IMG/VR virus record: IMGVR_UViG_3300020170_000003
Location: 2,267 to 66,266 of that record
DNA length: 64,000 bases
Direction: 5' to 3' (one strand)
DNA from: a virus
Part shown: piece after piece, positions 1 through 9,012 of the stretch
Layout of the letters: each line of letters opens with the position of its first letter
How positions within the stretch are numbered: the first letter of the stretch is position 1
Notes under the pieces: model-generated
What the model was told of the DNA's origin: nothing
Database searches by the model: none
The model's input: the letters and a program-made list of their open reading frames with translations, nothing else
Program-made: the position numbers and the translations under genes

Positions 1-34
1 AGCGGCTTGTTCGCGAAGAAGGAGGGTTGCCCGT

Positions 35-430
35 ATGAACCGAGATGAAGCCAAACAGAACCGCGAAGGTATCGACATACTCAAAGAAAAGAGCGAACAA
101 CACGGTGCGAAGGTATGCACTCTCAGTGGCAAACCGCCTGATCCTGCTTATGCCGAACTACATAACGCTCCGCAGCCCGTACAGAGCAACGGCCAACACG
201 AGGACTATTATGTGCTCTGCCCAGAAGAACGGGCTAAGGGATTCGTTCGCCCTATACGGCAAGAGTACATCCATGACAAATGTCACTCCAAAACTCACAT
301 GGGACTCGCCCTGTCTGAAACCTATGCGCGTGACCCACATTTTTACGGAGCAACGTTTTGCTGCGCTTGTGGTGGGCACTTTCCAGTTGCGGAGTTTAAA
401 TGGTTAGATGGAGAAGTGCTAGGAACATAA
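35..430 (+). CDS. Conserved phage hypothetical protein, Cys/His-rich (probable Zn-binding)
   Basis: YYVLCPEERAKGFVRP...ETYARDPHFYGATFCCACGGHFP resembles a widespread small phage family; GGAGG RBS upstream. Confidence 0.6.
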   Translation: MNRDEAKQNREGIDILKEKSEQHGAKVCTLSGKPPDPAYAELHNAPQPVQSNGQHEDYYVLCPEERAKGFVRPIRQEYIHDKCHSKTHMGLALSETYARDPHFYGATFCCACGGHFPVAEFKWLDGEVLGT

Positions 431-433
431 TCC

Positions 434-1123
434 ATGTCCACTACCCCGATAGTCGTAGAAATTCCGCTCCAGCCGACTCCGCAACAGTTAGGAGTTACGC
501 TGAATTCTGTGGACTACAAGCTTAAAGTAGTGTGGAACGAGCAAAATCTATCATGGGTAATGGATATAGCTAATGTAAATGGAAACGCAATAGCTTCAGG
601 ATTGCCGCTGGTAACCGCCGATGACTTACTTGAGCAACTAGGATACCTTGGAATCGGCGGTCAAATGATTGTACAGACAGATTTCGATACTACTCAGGTT
701 CCGACATTTGCCAATCTTGGGAGTACAGGGCATCTTTATTTCGTATCAAGCTCAAGCATCGCCGCTCCTACCATTGCCGCGTTAACTCAAGTCTCCGCGC
801 CTTCAACGCAGGGAAAGCCATTCCTGTTCAATATAATTCCATTTTCGACTACTCCAGCCTTTGTAGGTGCGCCGAATACGAACATGGTTTTCCAGATTAC
901 CTTGGCTGGAAACGTAACAACTCCTACATTGACAGGATTGACGGCTGGCGCACATGTAACATTCATAATTATTCAAGATGCTACGGGGAATAGATTGTTT
1001 CCTTGGCCAGCGAATGTGCGCGATGCCCAGACTGTAGGAACTACTGCTAACGAAAGAGACGTGCAAGAGTTTATCTGGGATGGAACGAATGCATGGCCAA
1101 CCACGACTATGACGAACAACTAA
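434..1123 (+). CDS. Baseplate plug-like protein with extra C-terminal beta domain
   Basis: N-half (EIPLQPTPQQLGVTLNSVDYKLKVVWN...GLPLVTADDLLEQ) matches the small protein preceding the hub in this myovirus class; C-half is homologous to the C-half of 10609..11184. Confidence 0.65.
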   Translation: MSTTPIVVEIPLQPTPQQLGVTLNSVDYKLKVVWNEQNLSWVMDIANVNGNAIASGLPLVTADDLLEQLGYLGIGGQMIVQTDFDTTQVPTFANLGSTGHLYFVSSSSIAAPTIAALTQVSAPSTQGKPFLFNIIPFSTTPAFVGAPNTNMVFQITLAGNVTTPTLTGLTAGAHVTFIIIQDATGNRLFPWPANVRDAQTVGTTANERDVQEFIWDGTNAWPTTTMTNN

Positions 1124-1124
1124 T

Positions 1125-2294
1125 ATGAAAATACTGTGCCTGATTGTATGTTTCGTCGCGCTTCAGCTATCAGCCCAGACGAATATCAGCGTCAATAACA
1201 TCAAGGCTACTGGTAATGTCGCAGCAAATGGAACAGTAACAGGATCGAACATTCCAGCAACTATTTCAGGGACAGGGGCATGTGTAAGTCAGTTTGTAAG
1301 AATCCTTAATTCAGGATTACCTCCAACCTGCGCAACCGTGGGGTCAGGCGATCTAGCGTCTTCACTTGCCCTAATAACGCCTTCCATTGATGTTGCATCG
1401 GGCATAAGCCTGAATCTTTCGGGAAGCGAAATTATAGGTACAACGCTGGGAGTATCAGGAACATCTTCATTCGCTGCTATATCAGCAACGCAGGTAACGA
1501 ATACTGGTGATGAACTTTTGTCTTCTGGTAAGGTCGTAAAATGGAACGCCGATACTGGATTATCCAGAGACTCGGCAGGCGTAGTTGATGTGGGGAACGG
1601 AGCACAGGGAAATGCTAGCGGAACTCTTAACGCTGCAAATGTTACTGGGTTGACTGGACAGATTAGCCCAAATGTGGCCGGTGGTATTGATGTTGGAACC
1701 ACAGCATTACCATTTTCTGGTATACGTATAGGTGCGGCTGCAACAAATAATGTTCGCGTCACGGCTACAGCTACGGCTGGCCGCACGGCGACGCTACCAG
1801 ATAATACAGGTACTATTGCAGAACTTAACCTTGCGCAAACATGGAGTGCAGCGCAGGGGTTTAACGGGGGCATGACCACCAGCGCGGGTAGCTTGATGAC
1901 GAATTACAACGGTAATTCTACGGCAGGGGCAGGAATACTTTCTATCGTGGGGTATGACCGTCAAGTTTCGAAGACGACGGCGCAGGGCGCGACAACTCTT
2001 TTAACTACAGGCGCTGGCACCACACTTTATATGGTAATGTCGGGCACAGCATGCACAACCACTTCATCTGGTGCGACCGTTCAAATCAATCTTATTTACA
2101 CGGATACAAGTAACACGGTGCAAACTGTTAGTGGAGCTTCATCCATATGCACTACGTTGGGAGCCAACAGCGCGGCATCGCTACAGTTCTCATTCATGGC
2201 GAAGAATGGAACGGCTATAAATTACAGCACGACCATCGGTAGTACGCCGACATATGATATGAGGATTGCTATTATTCAAGTAGGAATAAACTAA
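1125..2294 (+). CDS. Signal-peptide-bearing Thr/Ser/Gly-rich fibre-like protein
   Basis: MKILCLIVCFVALQLSA|Q N-terminus; low-complexity beta-rich shaft, paired Cys, C-terminal beta-sandwich-like region. Confidence 0.6.
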   Translation: MKILCLIVCFVALQLSAQTNISVNNIKATGNVAANGTVTGSNIPATISGTGACVSQFVRILNSGLPPTCATVGSGDLASSLALITPSIDVASGISLNLSGSEIIGTTLGVSGTSSFAAISATQVTNTGDELLSSGKVVKWNADTGLSRDSAGVVDVGNGAQGNASGTLNAANVTGLTGQISPNVAGGIDVGTTALPFSGIRIGAAATNNVRVTATATAGRTATLPDNTGTIAELNLAQTWSAAQGFNGGMTTSAGSLMTNYNGNSTAGAGILSIVGYDRQVSKTTAQGATTLLTTGAGTTLYMVMSGTACTTTSSGATVQINLIYTDTSNTVQTVSGASSICTTLGANSAASLQFSFMAKNGTAINYSTTIGSTPTYDMRIAIIQVGIN

Positions 2295-2425
2295 TCGCCG
2301 CCCCACTTCTGCATCGTGTCAATATGTTCCCCCTCATCTTTAAGGCGCGAGAAGCGGGCTTTGACGATGACCAGAGAAACTGCTGGCCAGAGCAAAAGTG
2401 AAGCGACGACGATAAATATATTCAT
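2291..2425 (-). CDS. Small single-pass membrane protein (44 aa, below ORF-track cutoff)
   Basis: Hand translation MNIFIVVASLLLWPAVSLVIVKARFSRLKDEGEHIDTMQKWGGD; starts 16 nt after the lipoprotein stop. Confidence 0.45.
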   Translation of the reverse strand: MNIFIVVASLLLWPAVSLVIVKARFSRLKDEGEHIDTMQKWGGD

Positions 2426-2440
2426 TTGCGAAATTCTATA

Positions 2441-3097
2441 TCACTGATGGAAGTTGAATGTCACAGTAGCTTGCCCAGATACCCCGAAAGCCGAGCCGTC
2501 ACTCAGGCGATACCTAGAAATCCAAACGGTTATACCTGTACCAGGAGCGATGGTTCTTGGAACGGTCAAATCGCAAGTTTCATTCCAGCAACGTTTAATT
2601 CCGTTTGGGTTAGGTGCGTCAAGATTGGTGTAATTGAAGCCGCCGCCGCTGAGCGGAATGCCATATGCCAAGCCATGAGGCGTACAGGGTTGCATCTGAA
2701 CATGGGCCTGAGTATCAGTGGAGGTAGTTGTCAGCGAGAGGCCGGAAGTAACCCGAGTGCTGTCATCCCAGAAGATAGTTCCACTTTGACATTGATCCTC
2801 TTCGGCGTTAGAAAGGCCGTAGCCCCAGCCGATATAGCCCTGAGTGGCAGGGTCGTAATTAACCGCAGGGCCAACAGAAGCGGCCACAGCATCAAGATAA
2901 ATCGGCGTTGTGCCTTTGTTGAAGATGCCAGCGACAATGCCATATGGCGGGTTGATGACGCTCACCGTAGAAGTAAAAATACCCGGTGTGGAAGCGTGAA
3001 CAACGGAAGGCGGATTTGCGTAAGTCAAAGTCATTGACGATCCGCAACCGAGCAGGACGGCGAGATAAAGTAGAGAGAGTACAATATTCTTAACCAT
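2441..3097 (-). CDS. Lipoprotein moron (candidate superinfection exclusion)
   Basis: MVKNIVLSLLYLAVLLGC lipobox; opposite strand to the tail operon; own promoter and GGAG RBS. Confidence 0.65.
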   Translation of the reverse strand: MVKNIVLSLLYLAVLLGCGSSMTLTYANPPSVVHASTPGIFTSTVSVINPPYGIVAGIFNKGTTPIYLDAVAASVGPAVNYDPATQGYIGWGYGLSNAEEDQCQSGTIFWDDSTRVTSGLSLTTTSTDTQAHVQMQPCTPHGLAYGIPLSGGGFNYTNLDAPNPNGIKRCWNETCDLTVPRTIAPGTGITVWISRYRLSDGSAFGVSGQATVTFNFHQ

Positions 3098-3124
3098 GAT
3101 TTTAGCGCTCCATACGCTCCTGCA

Positions 3125-3152
3125 ATTATAATTATTATGATAACCTTGTCAA
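3125..3152 (-). promoter_or_regulatory. Sigma70-like promoter with operator in spacer, driving the lipoprotein operon
   Basis: Reverse strand TTGACA-aggttatcataataat(16)-TATAAT; 25 bp identical to the promoter at 22094-22118. Confidence 0.75.
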
Positions 3153-3237
3153 GAGGAAAAACATGGATAAAACCCGTTGTTTTGGCTATCATTTAGCAAT
3201 GACGACAAATACCCTATCCAAGTCCCAAAAGTCGCCT

Positions 3238-3268
3238 ATAGGGCAATTGTGGCCCATTGCGGGGCATT
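3238..3268 (-). repeat. Triple ~10-bp phased repeat upstream of promoter (copy 1 of 3)
   Basis: Reverse complement AATGCCCCGC AATGGGCCAC AATTGCCCTA matches 21990-22019 and 13058-13088. Confidence 0.65.
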
Positions 3269-4282
3269 GTGGGGAGTAGTTCAAATGCCCTATTCGGGCG
3301 ATCAGCCACGCTCATTGTTTCAAATGAGCAGCCCATAATTGATCAAAGCACTGGAGTAACAACGCAGCCATCGGGACATGGCTTAGACCTGTCGGGATTG
3401 CGATTCACTTTCGATATAAAAAATGGCGATACTGAAAGTCCAAACACTTCAATAATCCGTGTCTACAATCTCAGTAAAGACAAAAGAAAACAAATCATCA
3501 GAGAATACGATACGGTTTCACTTCAGGCTGGATATCAGAATAATATTGGAATAATATTTCGTGGAACGATTAAACAGTTTGTATCCGGGAGAGAAAGAAA
3601 TATTGATAGCTTTCTAGAAATCAGGGCAGCGGATGGCGATCCAAACTACAACTTCGGATTATTTGGATCAAACGGGCAAGGCGTAACGCTGAATGCGCCA
3701 TATACAAGAGCGCAAGTTTTAAATCATATTTCTACCGCTATGGGAATTCCGCTGGATAGCAATGCAAATGATGTGACGACGGGGAGTGGCGGTGTTAATT
3801 TAGCGCAAGTCAGAGGTAAGACATTATTCGGTTTGGCCAGAACACAAGCGGTTAATCTCGCCACTACTTCCAGCGCAAGATTCTCAATTCAAAACGGAGT
3901 AGTTACCTATGTCCCATTGACCGGATATTTACCGGGAGAGGCTGTGCAGATTAATAGCTTGACGGGAATGGTGGGAATACCGGAAACAACGGACAACGGA
4001 ATCCAGGTAACATGCTTCCTGAATCCGCTTATTAAAATAGGCAGTCAAATCCAGATCAATGAAGGCGACATAACGCAAACGATCATCCGCGAAAGAGTTG
4101 GATTCCCGAATATTGCAGGCATAGCGCCATATGTAGCGGATGCAACGGAAAAAGGATTTTATAGAGTATTGGTAGCTGAGCATTCAGGCGATACGCGAGG
4201 GCAGGACTGGTATACCACAATCACCGCGTTGAGTCTTGATCCATCGGCTAATGTTAAAAATTCAGTGAAGGCATTCGGATAA
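3257..4282 (+). CDS. Baseplate hub protein (start codon uncertain)
   Basis: DLSGLRFTFDIK...IRVYNLS...LQAGYQ...IIF.GTI...GD.RGQDWYT pattern; sits between plug and spike. Confidence 0.7.
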   Translation: MRGIVGSSSNALFGRSATLIVSNEQPIIDQSTGVTTQPSGHGLDLSGLRFTFDIKNGDTESPNTSIIRVYNLSKDKRKQIIREYDTVSLQAGYQNNIGIIFRGTIKQFVSGRERNIDSFLEIRAADGDPNYNFGLFGSNGQGVTLNAPYTRAQVLNHISTAMGIPLDSNANDVTTGSGGVNLAQVRGKTLFGLARTQAVNLATTSSARFSIQNGVVTYVPLTGYLPGEAVQINSLTGMVGIPETTDNGIQVTCFLNPLIKIGSQIQINEGDITQTIIRERVGFPNIAGIAPYVADATEKGFYRVLVAEHSGDTRGQDWYTTITALSLDPSANVKNSVKAFG

Positions 4283-4287
4283 AAGTC

Positions 4288-4322
4288 TTGCAGTAAGACT
4301 GTCTCTTAGTTAAAATGATAAC
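4288..4322 (+). promoter_or_regulatory. Internal promoter whose -35 lies inside a 17-bp dyad and whose -10 lies inside a GTTA-N6-TAAC site
   Basis: TTGCAG(4288)-17 nt-TAAAAT(4311); GTTAAAATGATAAC at 4309-4322. Confidence 0.55.
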
Positions 4323-4328
4323 TAAACC

Positions 4329-5234
4329 ATGAATACAGAAATTATCAGGGTATTTCCAGATAGGAATAAATGGACTCCAGACGATGAATGGGCGTTTGTA
4401 GGAGATTTACCGCTCGACTCAATGCGCCCCGGAACACCAGATACCCCAGTAATGATAAGCGTTACTTTTACATGGTGGAGACGTAGAGCAGAACAAATTG
4501 CTGAATCATGGCGAACTCATTATAGAAACGTAAAAGTAGGTGGCCCTGCTTACGATGATCCAGGAGCGGAATTTATACCCGGAATGTTCATTAAAAAGGG
4601 TTGCACTATTACCACTAGGGGATGTCCTAAAAAATGTGGATGGTGTAGCGTACCAAAACGTGAGGGCGCATTGAGGATACTTCCAATTCGTCCCGGATGG
4701 ATAGTGCAAGACAATAATCTTTTAGCAAGCTCTCTGCCGTCGCTCTTATACTCAGAAATAGACGCAAGAGAACATTTTGATTCCGTATTTAAGATGTTAC
4801 GGGAACAAGAAAGATCATGCTCATTCAATGGTGGCCTAGATAAACACTTTCTCAAAGAATGGCATGTCCAATATTTTGATTCAATTCCTGTAGCTGAATT
4901 ATGGTGGGCTGCTGATGTGCCAGATGATTTTAGATGGCTTGAAAGAGTCAGGGAATTATTCTCCCATTTTCCTAATCATAAAATGCGCTGCTACACGATG
5001 ATAGGCTACGAAGGTGAAACGTTGGCCGAAGCTGAAAAGCGCATAGAGCGCGTATTTGAAATGGGCTTTATGCCTTTTAGTCAGCTTTATCAGCCACCAT
5101 ACGCGGATGTTCCAATGAAAGTTTATGGGGCAGACTGGAAAGCGATAAACCGCAAATGGAGTAGACCTGCTATCTATAAAGCGAAAAAGGCAGAAACTAC
5201 AGAGAATAATCTGTTCTCAAATGCAGCAATCTGA
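4329..5234 (+). CDS. Radical SAM superfamily protein
   Basis: TTRGCPKKCGWCSVP = CxxxCxxC [4Fe-4S] motif; FNGGLD strand; phage radical-SAM family pattern. Confidence 0.75.
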   Translation: MNTEIIRVFPDRNKWTPDDEWAFVGDLPLDSMRPGTPDTPVMISVTFTWWRRRAEQIAESWRTHYRNVKVGGPAYDDPGAEFIPGMFIKKGCTITTRGCPKKCGWCSVPKREGALRILPIRPGWIVQDNNLLASSLPSLLYSEIDAREHFDSVFKMLREQERSCSFNGGLDKHFLKEWHVQYFDSIPVAELWWAADVPDDFRWLERVRELFSHFPNHKMRCYTMIGYEGETLAEAEKRIERVFEMGFMPFSQLYQPPYADVPMKVYGADWKAINRKWSRPAIYKAKKAETTENNLFSNAAI

Positions 5235-5892
5235 GCGCGTAAACGATTTCGAGGAATCCCTAAGGCTAGCCCTCAAAGGCCAAAGCCTAATTACATGGGT
5301 ATCTCTGCCTGTAATTATTCAGTCGTTTGATCCTGTAAAATGCACATGCACAGCGCAACCTGCTATTCAAGCTTTAGTGAGACAGAAAGACGGAACGCAG
5401 CAGTACGTAAACATGCCGCTACTAGTTGATGTTCCGGTATGCTTCCCGAACGCGGGGGATTTTGTCCTCACGTTTCCAGTAGCACAAGGCGACGAAGCTC
5501 TGATAGTTTTTGGCGACAGATGTATTGACAATTGGTGGAACTCAAGCGGAATCCAGCCCCAAGTTACAACACAAGGCGTAGGAGAATTACGCTTCCACGA
5601 TCTTAGCGACGGATTCGCAATCATCGGGCCTTTCAGTAAGCCGAATGCGCCAAGCGGAATTAGCACAAGCACAGTTCAATTGAGAACTAAAGACGGCGCA
5701 ACGTATCTGGAAATTGATTCATCGGGAAACTGCAATATCGTGGCGAACGTAAACATCTCAGGGAACCTCACGGTAAGCGGTATGACCACGGGAACGGGCG
5801 ATGGCCAATTTGCAGGAATCCACGTAGCCCACCATCGACATACTGGAGTGCAATCTGGCGGCGGTACGACAGGGGAACCAGTGGACGGATAA
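5221..5892 (+). CDS. Baseplate central spike (Gp138-like)
   Basis: OB-fold region (P.LVDVPV.FP...LTFPVAQGDEALIVF.DRCID.WW), HDLSDGFAIIG, C-terminal HxH iron-binding HRHTGVQSGGGTTGEP. Confidence 0.85.
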   Translation: MQQSERVNDFEESLRLALKGQSLITWVSLPVIIQSFDPVKCTCTAQPAIQALVRQKDGTQQYVNMPLLVDVPVCFPNAGDFVLTFPVAQGDEALIVFGDRCIDNWWNSSGIQPQVTTQGVGELRFHDLSDGFAIIGPFSKPNAPSGISTSTVQLRTKDGATYLEIDSSGNCNIVANVNISGNLTVSGMTTGTGDGQFAGIHVAHHRHTGVQSGGGTTGEPVDG

Positions 5893-6026
5893 AAAGTCTT
5901 GCAGTAAGACTCTTTGGTGACATACAATTCAAATCAATTCGCCATGAGTGAAAACAACAAGGGGACAACCCAAAGACAGACTCACAGCAAAACAAGGCTT
6001 GAGTCTGCTTTGTTTTATAATTCACT

Positions 6027-6416
6027 ATGCGCGTGAGAGCACTAACAGCCAACTTGGATTTTGCGTACGGGCAGGGTTCGTCTAATTATCTTGTGGATTC
6101 CGTGGAAGCTGTAGCACAAGAAGTTTTAACTACTCTTCTGGTATTTCAGGGAGAATGGTTTCTGGATACTACTGCTGGAGTGCCATGGTTTACGCAGGTG
6201 GCTGGAGTCGGAACAATTCCGCTGTACGATCAAGTAATTAAGCAGGCGATTGAAGGTGTTCAAGGTGTAACAGGAATCGTGAGTTATTCAAGCAGCCTGA
6301 ATCGCGCAACAAGAGCACTTACGGTATCGGCCACGATTGATACTCAATTTGGGACTACTCAGATATCTGCTACGCTGCCAACTGTGCCTATAGTTTTTCC
6401 TTCAATAAGTTTCTGA
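6027..6416 (+). CDS. Baseplate wedge / gp25-like sheath initiator
   Basis: MRVRAL...AVAQ.V.T.L..FQGEWFLDT.AGVPW motif; follows spike. Confidence 0.75.
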   Translation: MRVRALTANLDFAYGQGSSNYLVDSVEAVAQEVLTTLLVFQGEWFLDTTAGVPWFTQVAGVGTIPLYDQVIKQAIEGVQGVTGIVSYSSSLNRATRALTVSATIDTQFGTTQISATLPTVPIVFPSISF

Positions 6417-6441
6417 AAGTCAATGCTATAATCCACTCACG

Positions 6442-7629
6442 ATGAGCGGAGTTCTTACTACTTATGCCTGTACAGTAACTTCTACGGGAATAACTTCGCC
6501 ATCCTACAATGACATTCTGCAAAGCCGGATTGCTCAAATGCAGTCAATCTTTGGTTCCGATATTTCCCTGAATCCGGGAGACCAAGATTTTCAAATGCTT
6601 GCGATATGGGCCTTAGCGCAGTTCGATACAAACCAGATGGCAATAGCTACTTACAACAGCTTCATGCCAACATTCGCGCAGGGAATAAGCCTGAGTATTT
6701 TGGTCAAGATAAATGGGCTTATGCGGTTGAATTCCAGCGCGAGTACAGCGGTAGTAACGGTAATTGGAACAGTAGGAGCGCAGATAATAAATGGAGTTGC
6801 GCAAGATGTAAATGGATTTCTGTGGAATTTGCCCGTTCTGGTAGTGATTCCCTTGAGTGGAAGTATAAGTGTAACCGCAACCTGTCAAACGTCGGGATCA
6901 ATCGGCGCATCCGCGAACACGATCAATCAAATTTTTAATCCGCAACTAGGCTGGCAGTCAGTTAATAACGTAGCAGGAGCGATTATAGGGGCACCAGTGG
7001 AAACGGATGCCGCCCTACGTCAGAGACAGACTATTAGCGTTGCCTTGCCAGCCTTGACGCCATTACAGAGCATCTCAGCGGCTATTGCTCAAGTGTCTGG
7101 GGTATCGGAATCAATAGTTTATGAAAATCCGACCAACATAACCGATAGCAATGGAATACCGTCGCACTCAATTTCTGCCGTAGTAGCAGGCGGCGATGCA
7201 ATGGCAATAGCTACTGTAATCGAGAAAACGAAATCTCTTGGTACAGGAACCTATGGAACAACAAGCATAGTAGTGATTGATCCTGTAGGCTTGCCGATAA
7301 CAATTAACTACTTTGTTCTGGTTCAAGTTAATATTTTTGTATCGCTCACGATTAAAGCATTAACGGGCTACGTAAGTTCAACTGGATTGGCGATACAGAA
7401 CGCAATAGTAAGTTTCATCAACTCTCTCAGTATTGGGCAGGCAGTAAGAATAAATTGGGTGAATGCCGCTGCGCAGATGATAAGTAACCCAGCCCTAGGA
7501 GAGACATTCGAAGTAATAGCCCTGACGCAGGGATTTTCGGCTAGTCCAGTCGGCACAATAGATTTAGCTATCCCATTTAATCAACAAGCGGTATGCTTGA
7601 CTGTGAACGTTCTGCTAACCGTAACTTAG
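6442..7629 (+). CDS. Baseplate J / gp47 family protein
   Basis: DFQMLA...GISLSILVKING...ETDAALRQR...VSESIVYEN.T..TD.NG.PSHSI motifs. Confidence 0.85.
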   Translation: MSGVLTTYACTVTSTGITSPSYNDILQSRIAQMQSIFGSDISLNPGDQDFQMLAIWALAQFDTNQMAIATYNSFMPTFAQGISLSILVKINGLMRLNSSASTAVVTVIGTVGAQIINGVAQDVNGFLWNLPVLVVIPLSGSISVTATCQTSGSIGASANTINQIFNPQLGWQSVNNVAGAIIGAPVETDAALRQRQTISVALPALTPLQSISAAIAQVSGVSESIVYENPTNITDSNGIPSHSISAVVAGGDAMAIATVIEKTKSLGTGTYGTTSIVVIDPVGLPITINYFVLVQVNIFVSLTIKALTGYVSSTGLAIQNAIVSFINSLSIGQAVRINWVNAAAQMISNPALGETFEVIALTQGFSASPVGTIDLAIPFNQQAVCLTVNVLLTVT

Positions 7630-7662
7630 TCTCACCGTAAGACAAAAAGAGGGCAAAGCGAA

Positions 7663-8340
7663 ATGATGGATCATGTAGCAAAACCAGATTCCACAATGGC
7701 CACGTCAATGACAATGAATAGTGGTATGGGATTGATGTCATCGTTTCATAACGTCTATCGTTTTGAGTGCCTGAGGCGGCCAAAGGGATGTCGCTGTATA
7801 GGCTGCAAAAACTATCGTGCTTTACTTCCCTTAGGTACCCCAGCACCACTTTCGGATGTGGCCTATACGGAATTAATACGGTGCCAGAATGCTACCATAG
7901 CATGGGTCGAAGAAATCTGTAATTTGGTTACTACGGAAGGAAAGAACGATCAATTAACGCAATACTTCAAAGGTTCTGCCTATACGGCTGCATTCTTTAT
8001 TGGACTAGTTAACAATGCGGGATTTACAGCCTATTCCACTGGTGACACAGCCGCGCAAATAGGTGGAACGAATGGCTGGGCCGAAGGAACGCCTTATTCC
8101 AATGCAACGCGGGTGGCATGGGTGGGTGGAACGGCATCAGGTGGATCAATTGACAATAGCGCATCGGTAGGTGTGTTCGCGATTAATGCAACCCTTACTG
8201 TACGCGGCGGCTTTATAGCGACTGCTAGCGCAAAGAATGCTACTACTGGAAAGCTATATGGGGCAGTTGATTTCTCCGCTGCTCGTTCCGTGGTAAGTGG
8301 GGATACGCTACAGGTCACGTCGTCATTTACCTTGGTATAA
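7663..8340 (+). CDS. Putative virion structural protein
   Basis: Gly/Ala/Thr-rich beta domain (NLVTTEGKN...FSAARSVVSGDTLQVT) seen in phage tail regions; Cys-rich N-terminus. Confidence 0.45.
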   Translation: MMDHVAKPDSTMATSMTMNSGMGLMSSFHNVYRFECLRRPKGCRCIGCKNYRALLPLGTPAPLSDVAYTELIRCQNATIAWVEEICNLVTTEGKNDQLTQYFKGSAYTAAFFIGLVNNAGFTAYSTGDTAAQIGGTNGWAEGTPYSNATRVAWVGGTASGGSIDNSASVGVFAINATLTVRGGFIATASAKNATTGKLYGAVDFSAARSVVSGDTLQVTSSFTLV

Positions 8341-8342
8341 AA

Positions 8343-8990
8343 ATGTTTAAAGATTTAACTAGGGAAAAATTCGGAAGACTAACTGTAGTAAACCGTAACG
8401 GTTCTCGCCTTGTAGGTAATCACGGAAAATATAGGGCTTTATGGTTATGTAGATGTGATTGTGGTAAGGAAATAAATATAGCAACTATTTCCCTAACTAC
8501 GTCGCATACTAGATCATGTGGATGTATCCGAGAAGACCACCCTAACAGATTGCGCCATGGCAAGGCCCGTAACAGCGAAAGATCGAAGGCCTACCAAGCA
8601 TGGATTGGGATGAAAGCACGGTGTCGCAATAATCCAAAAGAAAGAGCTTACAGCAATTATGCAGGTAGGGGCATATTGGTATGCCAAGGATGGCTTGAAT
8701 CATTCGAGAATTTATTTGAGGATATGGGTGAGCCACTAAGCAGTGGAAGGAAAATTCACCTAGACCGTATCAATAACGACCTAGGCTACTTCAAGGAAAA
8801 TTGCAGATGGACAACGGCTAAAATTAACGCCCGTAATCGTTCTATTACTGTAAAAATAGAAGGCGTTCCTCTTGCTGAAATAGCCGAAAATAATTGCCTT
8901 GATTACCATGCACTATACCATCAGGTAGTAACTAGAAAACAAGGACTATCGGAAACTCTTGCCAAGTTAATCGCACAAATGAATCCATAG
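8343..8990 (+). CDS. Free-standing HNH homing-endonuclease-like protein
   Basis: KFGRLTV...WLCRCDCG...SCGC...W..MK.RC.N...YAGRGI.VC..W...LDRINND..Y..ENCRW.T signature. Confidence 0.7.
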   Translation: MFKDLTREKFGRLTVVNRNGSRLVGNHGKYRALWLCRCDCGKEINIATISLTTSHTRSCGCIREDHPNRLRHGKARNSERSKAYQAWIGMKARCRNNPKERAYSNYAGRGILVCQGWLESFENLFEDMGEPLSSGRKIHLDRINNDLGYFKENCRWTTAKINARNRSITVKIEGVPLAEIAENNCLDYHALYHQVVTRKQGLSETLAKLIAQMNP

Positions 8991-9012
8991 GCTTGAACGG
9001 AAGGATAAAATA

